Positions 48,523-58,756 of a stretch of DNA of 64,000 bases are shown here, in pieces. The position numbers and the translations under genes were made by a program. The notes beneath the pieces were generated by a model. The model did not search any database, was not told where the DNA came from, and saw only the letters and a program-made list of their open reading frames with translations. The DNA is taken from the NCBI GenBank assembly GCA_965140585.1, contig OZ223264.1, positions 1-64,000 of the forward strand, in the 5' to 3' direction. This DNA is from Spirochaetia bacterium (GTDB lineage Bacteria > Spirochaetota > Spirochaetia > UBA9216). Position 1 is the first letter of the stretch, and each line of letters starts with the position of its first letter.

Positions 48523-48642
48523 CTCAGTATTATATTACGAATATATAGGATCACAAAATTATATTTGTGTTTTTGTAATATAAATATCTAAAAATTTGAC
48601 TTGCGATTTTAAAGATCCTATTAATTCAATAGGAGTAAATGG

Positions 48643-50568
48643 ATGATAATATCAAGGCTCAAGATAGGCCAGAAAATCAGTATAATAATGTCGATCACGG
48701 TAATTATTTCTCTTTCTGTTTTTTATATATACATAAGAAATACGACTTTAAACCTCGCAAATAATGACGCAGGAGTGATCGCCAATGAATATGCACAGCA
48801 TTACGGGCGGACCGTTCAGGAAATTTTCTCTACAGTATTAAGTGAGACCTCCGCAGCTGCAGATGCCATGCTTGCACTGATTGAATCGGGGGAACCTTCA
48901 AGAGAAACTGCAACCGCCATCCTTAAGCAGTGGTATGAGAGGGGCCGGGTAGAAAGCCGGATTTATGATACCTGGATAACCTTTGAACCGGGAGCCTTTG
49001 ACGACAGAGACAGCGAATACATGGGCACGGAACGATATGGGGAAGGTGGACAGTACAGTGCCTGGGTACTTGGTGAAGAAGTTTATGTAAATGTTCCGTC
49101 GGGTGACCCGGAGATGGATATCTGGTACACAGGGGCAAGGGAGAGAGGCCGGATAACAGTTTCGGATTTTTTTGAATTTGAATATCCGGACGGCATGCAG
49201 ACCGTTGTTGCAATTTCCAAACCCATAATTGATTCAAAAGGCAAACATCTTGGTGTCATCGGCTGTGATTTTGAGGTAGGATCCATTCATAAGGAAATAA
49301 GTCTTGTAAGAATTTATGAAAATGGATTTTTAACTCTGATCTCTGAAGGCGGGGGTATAATTTCAACAATGGATGAAAACGCCCTCGGGAAGGATATTGC
49401 TTCTTTCTCCTGGATGACTGCTGAACTTGAAGATAAGATAAAAAGCGGAGAGTCTTTTAATTTTGATTATTATTCAGTTTTCCTGCAGGAGGATATTTTT
49501 GCAGCTGTTGTCCCTGTCGAATTCGGTCATAGCGGTAATACCTGGTACATGATGGTTAATATTCCAAAGTCGGAAATTAATGCGGAATCAATTAAAATAA
49601 TGAGAAATATTCTGATTCTTGCTGTCATTATGATACTCCTTCTTATCTTTATCCTGACTTTGGTCTCCCGGAGCATCACTATTCCATTAAAGAAAGCTGT
49701 TAATTTCGCTAATGATATTTCAGAAGGTAATTTAAATGCACGCCTTGATCATAATAATAAGGATGAGATTGGAAGCCTTACAGATGCCCTGAATGACATG
49801 AAGGCAAATCTTGTCAGAATTATCACAAGCATAAAAGACAGTACAGAACAGTTTATTGCCGGAAGTTCGCAGCTGAATGAATCTGCTTTGCAGATCGCGG
49901 ATGGTGCAAATCAGCAGGCCGCCGGTGTTGAAGAAATTTCTGCAAGTATGGAAGAACTCAGTGCCAATATTCAGCAGAATGCTGATAATGCCGCCCATTC
50001 AAGCCGTCTTGCCGATGATGTCATAGTCTCCGCAGATAAGGGAGGTGAGGCTGTTCTTGAGACGGTTTCTGCAATCAAGGAGATAGCTGAAAAGATTGCA
50101 GTTATAGAAGAAATCGCCAGAAATACAAATCTTCTGGCTCTTAACGCTGCGATTGAGGCAGCCAGAGCCGGAGAATCGGGGAAGGGTTTTGCTGTGGTGG
50201 CAAATGAAGTTAAGAAGCTTGCTGAAAATAGTGCTGCTGCGGCTGCAGAAATAACAGGAATTACAGGTGTTAACGTCTCAAAGGCTGAGCATGCCGGAAA
50301 GATTATAAAGGAAATGGTTCCGCAGATAGGAAAGACTGCCGAGCTGATTCAGGAAATCTCCTCTGCAAGCCACGAACAGAGCTCCGGTTCCGGGCAGGTG
50401 AATGAATCCATCCTTCAGATGAATAATGTTGTTCAGGAAAATGTCAGTGTTTCTGAAAAGATGGCATCAATGGCTGAGGAACTTGATTCTCAGGCGCGTA
50501 CTTTACTTGAGCTTGTTTCCTTTTTTCAGCTTGAAGAAAACCGGCGGACACAGAAACTTCTTGAATAG
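48643..50568 (+). CDS. Methyl-accepting chemotaxis protein with periplasmic dCache-type domain
   Basis: TM1, WY...GVIGCD Cache motif, TM2, HAMP (KDEIGSL) and [19 protein letters not shown]. Confidence 0.93.
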   Translation: MIISRLKIGQKISIIMSITVIISLSVFYIYIRNTTLNLANNDAGVIANEYAQHYGRTVQEIFSTVLSETSAAADAMLALIESGEPSRETATAILKQWYERGRVESRIYDTWITFEPGAFDDRDSEYMGTERYGEGGQYSAWVLGEEVYVNVPSGDPEMDIWYTGARERGRITVSDFFEFEYPDGMQTVVAISKPIIDSKGKHLGVIGCDFEVGSIHKEISLVRIYENGFLTLISEGGGIISTMDENALGKDIASFSWMTAELEDKIKSGESFNFDYYSVFLQEDIFAAVVPVEFGHSGNTWYMMVNIPKSEINAESIKIMRNILILAVIMILLLIFILTLVSRSITIPLKKAVNFANDISEGNLNARLDHNNKDEIGSLTDALNDMKANLVRIITSIKDSTEQFIAGSSQLNESALQIADGANQQAAGVEEISASMEELSANIQQNADNAAHSSRLADDVIVSADKGGEAVLETVSAIKEIAEKIAVIEEIARNTNLLALNAAIEAARAGESGKGFAVVANEVKKLAENSAAAAAEITGITGVNVSKAEHAGKIIKEMVPQIGKTAELIQEISSASHEQSSGSGQVNESILQMNNVVQENVSVSEKMASMAEELDSQARTLLELVSFFQLEENRRTQKLLE

Positions 50569-50572
50569 CTGT

Positions 50573-50601
50573 AAAAAGCCGGCGTAATTACTGCCGGCTT
50601 T
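50573..50601. terminator. Bidirectional terminator
   Basis: aaaaagccggc-loop-gccggcttt between convergent genes. Confidence 0.75.
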
Positions 50602-50623
50602 ATGTAGATTTTTTGATTACCGT

Positions 50624-52440
50624 TTAAATTCTCATAGCAGCATCATATCCGGTTCTTGTTGCGTTGCGTACATTGCTGGCTTTGATGCAGTCGCCGACCG
50701 GAGTGAAGAACAGCGCTGTATCTCTGAACCTTTCGGCTTCATCACTTTTGCTTTTCATCCCGGCTGAGAGTACTACGAGATCGCAAGGAATTGTTTTTGT
50801 CTGATAGTCATTGTCGGTATATTCCAGTGCCTCAGAGGTTATTTTTGTACAGGTTGCTCCGGTGAAAACATTGGTGTATTCCCTAAGGTGATCCAGAAGC
50901 GCATCTCTGGTCAGATACATCTCATCGCTTCCAACTTCTTCAAGCTGTTCAACAATAGTCACTTTCTTACCCAGTTTTTCTGCAAGATAAAGTCCTGTTT
51001 CACAGCCGACCAGTCCTCCGCCGAGAACAACAATATTTTCCGGAAGCGCTTTTCCTTCCGCAGCACGGTTATAGGCTTCTTCAGCGGATATTACATTTGG
51101 ACCGTCAATTCCGGGAATTGGAAGAAGAATTGCTTCCGCACCCACTGCAGATATAACTGCATCCGGATTCATAGCTTCTATTGTTTCAGGTGTCGCTTCG
51201 GTTTCAGTTATCACCTCAACGCCGAGCTTGGACATCATGTGAATCTGCCAGTCCATAAACCGGGCAAGATCCTGCTTGAAGGGTACATTCCGTGAAAAGT
51301 TAAGCTTTCCGCCCAGTACATTTTCCTTTTCAATGAGAGTCACGTTGTGGCCCCGCTTCGATGCTGTGATAGCAGCCTGCATTCCTGCAGGACCGCCGCC
51401 GATGATCGCCACTTTTTTAGAAGGGCCTTCGGGCGGTGTTAGAAGCGGCATGAAAAGTTCGCGGCCAATAGTAGGGTTAACTGAACATGCAAAGGTTGGT
51501 GCGCGCTCAAAATCAAGGCAATGAAAGCATCTGATGCAGGGGATAGCCTCATCTTCAATTCCCAATTTCCACTTATTTACTCTATCGGCATCGGCTATAA
51601 GACCTCTTGCCATGGCAACAATGTCAGCCTTTCCCTCTGCAAGGGTTTTTTCAATAAGCTCAGGTTCCTGGAAGGCTCCGAGTGTGAGTACCGGAATTTT
51701 AATTTCCGGATCAGCTTTCACTGCTGCTGCATATTTTATATTACAGCCGTGTTCGAGAAATTCGGTCGGATGAGTGATGTTTTCTGTTCCGTTGTAAAAG
51801 GCTCCAGTAGATACATGGGCAATATCAATTTTATCCTGGATGTATTTGATCATCTCAATACCGTCTTCAAGGGTATAGCCGTCAGGATGCGCCGGATTCT
51901 CTTCTCCAGATATACGAAACTCTATTAGAAGTTTATTTCCGACTCTGGCTCTGATTTCATCAAGAACCATGACTGCAAAGCGCATTTTATTTTCAAGCGT
52001 AGCGGCGCTGAACTCATCAGTCCTGTGATTCATTATCTTTGAATAAAACTGGGACATGCACAGGCCGTGCCCGCCGTGAATAAGCAGCATATCAAAGCCG
52101 CACTTCATGGCAGCCTCGGCAACATCGCCATAGGTTTTTGCTATCCGTTTAAGATCTTCTTTTGTGAAAGCTTCAGTCTCGCAGTTCATCATTTTATTGA
52201 AATCGCCGTTTAATGAATGAAGAACGATTTGGCCGTTTTCAAGTTTATGATGATGCTGGAAGGCCAGCAGCTCAAGGCTGACTTTTGCATCCTGAGAATG
52301 AATGGCTTCGGTAAAGCGGTTATAAAATCTGTGTGTTTCCGGTTCCAGTATATTCTCACAGGCATGAACGGGATCGTAGGGTGCTTCAAGATCCATATTC
52401 TTAGCGGAGTAAGTGATTACTGCAGCTCCTCCTGCCCCCT
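50624..52440 (-). pseudogene. BaiCD/DCR-like NADH:flavin oxidoreductase (OYE + 4Fe-4S + FAD), 5'-truncated
   Basis: HGGHG, NHRTDE, CIRCFHC, CSVNP and GGGPAGM are intact, but the family N-terminus (NRI..AP) is missing; sequence upstream of 'GAGGAAVIT' belongs to an MFS gene in another frame. Confidence 0.7.
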
Positions 52441-53283
52441 GTTTGACAGCAGAAGAAATCCTGTAAGGGCTGCTGCAGAGACGAAGCCTGAAATATACCA
52501 TAGAAGGTCAGGATTGTAATTATCCATTACCAGACCGGCAAGGTAAGGGCCAAGCATGGATGGGATGGACCATGAAAGATTGTATATTCCCATATACCGT
52601 CCACGCATATGCTCAGGAGATAGTTTTGCGACAACCGTCTGGCCTACAGGAATGCTGTACCAAGGGCCATCATTTTCATGGGATTTTTTTCTCAAGCCAT
52701 GCTGAAACCCTGAACTGAAATATAACCACAAAAAGGGCATTTATGCTCATCAGAAGACCGTAGTGCCTGGCGGATATACTGTGAACATCACGAAGATAAA
52801 CTGAAAAAGAGCTATAGAGCTGCTGATAAACCAGCAGCATTTAATATGTAGGCCATGTAGAATTGATCTGAAAAAACTTTGCTGTAGCCCTTGATGGTTT
52901 TAAGCAGGTTGTCATGCTGTTTATCCTGTTCTTCATTTTCAGGTTTCGTTTCCGGAATTTTGATATAAAATATAACAGCGGTGATTATACTCGTAACTGC
53001 ATCAGCCAGAAAAATAAAGAAGTACGACTTCAGCGACAGAAGCCCGCCTTTCTTCCGGAAGCAGATCCGCCACCATAAACATTCTGGCCATGGCAAATAC
53101 TGCGAGAAGAAGACCTGCCTCTGTCATTCCAACATCAAATCTTTTAGTTACATACAGTGTGAAAAATGGGTACAGCATGGTGCCGCCCAGCCTGTCTATA
53201 AAGGTCGACCCGCTGAGTACCCAGAAATTGCCGGGATATAGATTATAGGTTTCGGTTATCCGCTGTTTTAATTTTTTTATCAT
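52417..53283 (-). pseudogene. MFS (MdtH-like) transporter pseudogene
   Basis: Fragments FIDRLG..MLYPF..LY, VADLLPEERRA, IPETKP and PEHMRGRYMG lie in different frames with deletions. Confidence 0.8.
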
Positions 53284-53294
53284 TTTGTAAGAAT

Positions 53295-53833
53295 CTAAAT
53301 ATTCCTTTCTTCTTTTATATCCGGAAATCTTACAGGAATTATCAAAGTAAATATTGAGCCTTTATTGAGTTCTGAAGATACAGAGATACTTCCACCCATC
53401 TTTTCGGCTAAGGAGTTTGAAATTGAAAGCCCCAATCCGGTTCCATGATGATTTTTTGTATAGGATGACTCCGCCTTCTGAAACTCTTCAAAAATATGTT
53501 TTAAATCAGCTTCCTGTATTCCGCAGCCTGTATCACTGATTGAGATGGCGATTTGATTCGGTTCAGTCTTATCTGTATATGCAGTTCTTCTGAAGCCACA
53601 AAAGTTCCTAGTCTTTTAATTTCATTCCAGTGGTGGTCAGTCAGAGTTCTCAATTCCTGTATGGAATGAAGCTGTTGGGGAGTAAGAGCTTTACCAGTTG
53701 AATTTGCTGATATCATGCGGGAACCTTCAGGCCCTGCGGTGTTACGTAGTGAAAGTGTCTCCAGTTTTATTTGGAAGCCGATATCATTTTCAGGGGATAT
53801 GGATGCAACGTAGATATGTATTCGAAAAAACAT
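53295..53833 (-). pseudogene. Histidine kinase remnant
   Basis: Minus strand 53500-53295 reads IFEEFQKAESSYTK..HGTGLG/SIS..LAEKMGG.I.V.S...KGS.F (HATPase_c, frameshifted); upstream portion fragmentary. Confidence 0.7.
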
Positions 53834-53908
53834 TTAAGTTAATCTGCTGATAAATTATCTTCAATTATTTGATAATCTCCTTCCGGTTATCTATACTTCA
53901 AGTACAGA

Positions 53909-55693
53909 ATGAAAATCTATAATTTACTGTATTCTGATCCTTCCGATTTAATTCCCGTTAAAGAAAAGGTATTAAAACTGCCTTCCGAAAAGGTTTTGAT
54001 CCAGGTTTTTATGGGTACGTCAGAATCTGCAATGGCGGAAAAAATTCTTGAAGAGCTTAAGTCAGACTTTCCCGGATATCCGGTAATCGGGACAAGTACT
54101 TCAGGTGAAATCCTAAACGGTACAGTTTTAAATCATTCAACCGTGATTAGTTTCAGTCTCTTTGATTCAACAATTGTCAGATCGGTACTGATTGACCAGA
54201 ATGATGATATTGCATCTGCCGGTCGGGAAATAGCAGATGTGCTGCGGAACCCTGATTTAAAATCAGTTATAGTTTTCGCCTGCGGAATGAAGGACAATAT
54301 TTATGTTGATCAATCTTCCATTCTAACAAGCCTTGAGTCCGAGCTTGGCCCTATACCGGTTTCCGGAGGACTATCCGGAGGTGTTTTTAAAGAACAGGAA
54401 TCTTTCTTTGTTTTTACAGAAAATGGCTTTTCATTTGGAGGCTTTGCTGCTGCAGGCTTGTCAGGAGAACATCTCAGGGTTCTCTGCGACTACAATGTCA
54501 GCTGGATACCAATCGGAAAACAGATGATGATAACAAAATCCGAGAATAAAAGGGTTTTCAGTATAGATGACAAGAATGTAAAAGAGTTGTATCAACACTA
54601 TCTTGGAATTGATCTTACAGGAGCCTCTTCTACTTTTATGGATAATTTTCCGCTGATGATCAGCCGATACAACCGCTATATTCCCAACCCTGTGTCCAGA
54701 GTCCTTGATGACGGTTCGGTTGAGTTTGTTCATCTGATGAATACCGGTGAAGCCGTCCAGTTCAGTATCTGCGATGTTCATCTTCTTGAATACGGCGCCA
54801 TTGGTTTGAAAAATACTCTTAAAGAATTTAAATCTGAGGCTGTTTTTGTTTTTTCATGTGAATCAAGAAAAAGTATTCTTGGAGATGATATCTACATCGA
54901 TATGAAGGCTCTTAATGGTTCACCGGCGTCAATAGGCTTTTTTACCTATGGTGAATTTCTAAAACCTCATGGAGAACCACCGCAGTTTTTTCAACAGACA
55001 ATGACGGTTCTTGCTCTTTCAGAAAAAGCGAAGGACGCTCCTTCTGAATACTCCGGATTGTATGAACTTATAGAACCAGAGATTCAGGAGTCCGACAGAT
55101 TCAAACTGCAGAAGGTTCTTATCTGTCTTGTAAAATGCATAACCGGTGAGCTTGAAGAACGTAATCAGCAGCTTGATAAAATGGCAAATTCAGATACGCT
55201 TACCGGGCTGGGTAACCGACGAAACTTTGATATGATTTTAAATCATGTAATAAAAACGCAATCCAGGTCAAATGACAGTTTCAGTCTGATTATTTTTGAT
55301 GTTGATTTTTTTAAACTATTCAATGATTATTACGGCCATGTCGAAGGAGATAATGCTCTCAGGGGAATAGGCGCTGTTATGAAGAAAATGCTTAAACGAA
55401 GCAGTGACAAGGCATTTCGTTACGGCGGTGAAGAATTTGCATGTATTCTTTTGTCTACAGATTCAGAAGGAGCCTCTTTAATGGCTGAGAAGATAAGAAA
55501 GAGTATTACGGGCCTCGGAATTCCTCATCAGAGGTCTGGCGTTTCTGATTTTTTATCTGTCAGTCTGGGGGTGCTTACGGTTAATCCTGATAAAAACTCA
55601 GAGGCAGATTCAATAATCAAGCAATGTGATCAGCTTCTTTACAAGGCTAAAGAACAGGGTCGGAACTGTTTTGTTTCAGGAAAAATTAATTAG
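53909..55693 (+). CDS. FIST-domain diguanylate cyclase
   Basis: VIGTSTSGEI, GG, FSCESR and GFFTYGE (FIST); RSSD I-site; GGEEF. Confidence 0.92.
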   Translation: MKIYNLLYSDPSDLIPVKEKVLKLPSEKVLIQVFMGTSESAMAEKILEELKSDFPGYPVIGTSTSGEILNGTVLNHSTVISFSLFDSTIVRSVLIDQNDDIASAGREIADVLRNPDLKSVIVFACGMKDNIYVDQSSILTSLESELGPIPVSGGLSGGVFKEQESFFVFTENGFSFGGFAAAGLSGEHLRVLCDYNVSWIPIGKQMMITKSENKRVFSIDDKNVKELYQHYLGIDLTGASSTFMDNFPLMISRYNRYIPNPVSRVLDDGSVEFVHLMNTGEAVQFSICDVHLLEYGAIGLKNTLKEFKSEAVFVFSCESRKSILGDDIYIDMKALNGSPASIGFFTYGEFLKPHGEPPQFFQQTMTVLALSEKAKDAPSEYSGLYELIEPEIQESDRFKLQKVLICLVKCITGELEERNQQLDKMANSDTLTGLGNRRNFDMILNHVIKTQSRSNDSFSLIIFDVDFFKLFNDYYGHVEGDNALRGIGAVMKKMLKRSSDKAFRYGGEEFACILLSTDSEGASLMAEKIRKSITGLGIPHQRSGVSDFLSVSLGVLTVNPDKNSEADSIIKQCDQLLYKAKEQGRNCFVSGKIN

Positions 55694-55715
55694 TTATATT
55701 CACTCCAATATATCC

Positions 55716-56564
55716 CTACCCGCCTATTCCGATCAGGGCTGCGCCGGCTATTGAAAGAATCAGTCCAAGAATCCTTAACGGCGGAAGCTTTTCTTTTAGA
55801 ATTATCCTCTGCAGAACGACCGTAGGTGCCGGATATAAAGAAGAAAGGATAACTGCAATTATAAGATATCCGGTCCTGCCTGCCAGCAGATAAAGTACAT
55901 TTGCGGCCATATCAAGAAAACCGCTTATAAAAGTGAGTTTACGGGTGCCCTTTGCCAAAATCACTTTTTTTTCTCGAATTATAGCAAATATAAGGAAAAC
56001 CGGTACTGTAACAGCTCTCGCCGCGGCAAGAGGCCATATTCCGGATTGTTCTGAGGTTTTTGAAACCAGAATGATAAAGAAGCCGGCAAAAAATGTCCCT
56101 GATATTAATCCGTGCCGGATAGATTTTGAAATATGTTCGGGCTTGCCGTTTTTTTCCCATGATAAGAATAATATTGCAGGAAGTGATATAGCCACACCAA
56201 GCAAGGTAAGAAAAGGCGGTCTTTCTCCAGTTAAAAGTCCGAAAATTACCGGAATAACGGCTCCGCATAAGGCTGCTGTTGGTGATACTATTGCGGCTAT
56301 TCCTGAGGCAAGGCCTCTGTAAAGAAACAGAATTCCAAGCCCGCCTGAAAGGCCTCCGACCATCCCCCAGAGAAGATCTGCGGCGCTCACCTCTGCTTTT
56401 CCTATAAATAGAGCTGCAATCAATACTGTGATAAGCCCAATCATCTGTGACCATGCAACAGTCAGGGCCGCTGAATTTTTCCTGGTGGAAAAGCCGCCCA
56501 GAAAATCAGCGGTTCCGTAGGCAAATGCCGACATCAAAGCATAAAAAACTACCATAGCATGCAA
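55716..56564 (-). CDS. EamA/DMT family transporter
   Basis: YGTADFLGG, LYRGLA.G...IVSP and SLYP..TV motifs; about 10 TM helices. Confidence 0.9.
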   Translation of the reverse strand: MHAMVVFYALMSAFAYGTADFLGGFSTRKNSAALTVAWSQMIGLITVLIAALFIGKAEVSAADLLWGMVGGLSGGLGILFLYRGLASGIAAIVSPTAALCGAVIPVIFGLLTGERPPFLTLLGVAISLPAILFLSWEKNGKPEHISKSIRHGLISGTFFAGFFIILVSKTSEQSGIWPLAAARAVTVPVFLIFAIIREKKVILAKGTRKLTFISGFLDMAANVLYLLAGRTGYLIIAVILSSLYPAPTVVLQRIILKEKLPPLRILGLILSIAGAALIGIGG

Positions 56565-56638
56565 TGATAACAGATCGTTTGGATTTCGTTTTAGAATTAG
56601 ATATAATATAATAGTACTGTCTGTCCGGAGGATAGTTT

Positions 56639-58444
56639 TTGAAATATTTGATTGCAGCTTTGCCTATTCTTTTTATTTTTACCGTATTTATTCCTGCTCA
56701 GGAAGTTGATGTAACCGGCGCCGGTTACAGAACTTATCTGGATGGTGCCTGGAGCGTGCAGTACGGTGATGTCGTTGAAGATAATAGCTGGGAAGATGTG
56801 GTCTTTCCGAACCTGAAATTCGATTTTCCGGACAATTCCAATCTTTTATGGTTTCTGCGTACCTTTTCTGTTGATGCTTCCATACAGGATGAGCCGCTCG
56901 GTCTGTTTCTGGGAAAGCTTCCGGATTCCTGTGAAGTCTATCTGAATGGTTCTCTTCTTCTCCGCAGCGGCCGGCAGGCTCCGGATGAATATTTCCCCGA
57001 AACATTTACAGCTTTTAGTACAATTCTTCCCTCGGGACTGCTTAAATATGATGAAAGTAATGTTTTGCTTTTGAAGGTTTACAGTGAAAGACACACCGGG
57101 GCACTTCCTTCGATGTTTATTTCAACACCCGGGGATGTTAAAACAAAAACTGTAAAAATTAATACTTTTAATTCCTATCTTGGTCTGACTGCAACAGTCA
57201 TAACTCTGCTGACAGCCTTGTATTTCGGCGTTATGTTTATCATGGACAGAAAGACTATCGGATACTTGTATATGGTGATCGGCTCTCTGGGGTTTTCTAT
57301 TAATTCCGGTATCCTGTATATAACCGGCAGTCCGTTTTCCTACCTGACAATGTTTAAGATTTACATCATAGGGCTCTATTGGGGAATTGCCGGTATTCAG
57401 CTGTTTGTTATGTATCTGGGTGAATTTGATCTTAAGCCAAAATCCAGGATTTTTATACTGGCAGTGACAGCGGCTATATCAATTACTGCCATTCTAATGC
57501 CCAATCTTAGGAGTATTCTCTTTTACAATGATAATATTATCTACTTGATCTGGGTAATTCCCATGCTGATCATTCTTCTTTATGTTACTATCAGGGGCAT
57601 CCGGGAAAATGTAAAATTCATGTACTTCATACTTGGCGGTGCGATTGTTGCAATGATGAGCGGCGGAAGAGATATATTGCTTCTGCAGCTGAACATTGCA
57701 CCGGATTTCTATTCAAATCTTATTGGACTCACTGCTCTTATAGTGAGTATTTTCATAACCTATGCTGCACAATTTAACTATAATGAGAAACTTTTAAGGA
57801 TACAGGCTCATAAACTGGCACAGATGACAGAGAATCTGGAAGGGCTCGTAAAGGATCGGACAGAGGAACTGGAGCATGCATATCAGGAGCTTTCACATCA
57901 GGCTGTTACCGATATGCTTACCGGAACATTCAACCGTCTTGAATACAGCCGGGTACTTGAGAGTGAGAATGCACAGTTCAAGCGGACTGGCCAGAATTAC
58001 GCGGTTATTTATATCGACCTTGATAATTTTAAATATATCAACGATACCTACGGTCACGCTTCCGGTGATTTCGTCCTGCTTGAAATATCAAAACTGCTGA
58101 AAGATTGCAAAAGAAGTTCTGATTTTTTATTCAGGATGGGCGGTGATGAATTCCTGATACTTATGACCAATACCAGCTCCGGAAAGGATGCGATTAACCT
58201 TGTCGATCGTATCTATCAGCAGATCGAGAAAAAAGAATACTTAAGACCTGCCTTATCGAAGTTTACCGGTGAAGAGATAGTTTACCCTGAAGGTAAAAAG
58301 CTTTCACTTACAATCGGTATCAGCTCTACAGATATCTCAAATGTTTCATCTCTGCATGATCTGCCCTTCCAGGCTGATATGGCCCTTCTTGATGCAAAAG
58401 TTTCAGGTAAAAATAGATACGCTTTTTATGAGAAGTCATTATAG
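56639..58444 (+). CDS. Membrane diguanylate cyclase with N-terminal sugar-binding-like domain and 7TM region
   Basis: LDGAW...GD, EVYLNG and NVLLLKV (GH2-type sugar-binding); about 7 TM helices; RSSD; GGDEF. Confidence 0.88.
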   Translation: MKYLIAALPILFIFTVFIPAQEVDVTGAGYRTYLDGAWSVQYGDVVEDNSWEDVVFPNLKFDFPDNSNLLWFLRTFSVDASIQDEPLGLFLGKLPDSCEVYLNGSLLLRSGRQAPDEYFPETFTAFSTILPSGLLKYDESNVLLLKVYSERHTGALPSMFISTPGDVKTKTVKINTFNSYLGLTATVITLLTALYFGVMFIMDRKTIGYLYMVIGSLGFSINSGILYITGSPFSYLTMFKIYIIGLYWGIAGIQLFVMYLGEFDLKPKSRIFILAVTAAISITAILMPNLRSILFYNDNIIYLIWVIPMLIILLYVTIRGIRENVKFMYFILGGAIVAMMSGGRDILLLQLNIAPDFYSNLIGLTALIVSIFITYAAQFNYNEKLLRIQAHKLAQMTENLEGLVKDRTEELEHAYQELSHQAVTDMLTGTFNRLEYSRVLESENAQFKRTGQNYAVIYIDLDNFKYINDTYGHASGDFVLLEISKLLKDCKRSSDFLFRMGGDEFLILMTNTSSGKDAINLVDRIYQQIEKKEYLRPALSKFTGEEIVYPEGKKLSLTIGISSTDISNVSSLHDLPFQADMALLDAKVSGKNRYAFYEKSL

Positions 58445-58454
58445 ATAAATTGAC

Positions 58455-58483
58455 TTGACAATAGTATCACCGGAAAATATTAT
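58455..58483 (+). promoter_or_regulatory. Sigma70 promoter upstream of the Moco/Wco RNA motif
   Basis: TTGACA-N17-TATTAT. Confidence 0.75.
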
Positions 58484-58487
58484 GATT

Positions 58488-58588
58488 CATAACTCCGAAC
58501 CTTTATCTCCTAAAATCCGGAAGGATCATGGGTTGAGGTCGATGGGTTCAACGGGAAACGGTTGTGCCTTCCGTGTTTGAAAAGGAGA
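58488..58588 (+). ncRNA. Moco-class riboswitch candidate lacking P3 (Wco/Tuco variant)
   Basis: ACUCCGA..CCUAA..AUCC-GGAA-GGAU-CAUGG..GGG..CAAC-GGGAAACG-GUUG..GCCUUCCGUGUUUGAAAAGGAG follows the Moco RNA consensus; only 4 nt (CGAU) lie where P3 would be. Confidence 0.82.
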
Positions 58589-58756
58589 AAATAAAAAACT
58601 GATCATGGCTTTAATGACCTGAAAAAAGTTTCTTATTAAATTACTCGAAGAAGGATTGATTAAGTAATCAGATCCTGTTCGGGCAATTCACACCTCTTAT
58701 ACAGATTCAGGAAGACAGGACCGTACTCTCGTAAATTTGAAAAGACGGAGGCTTGA

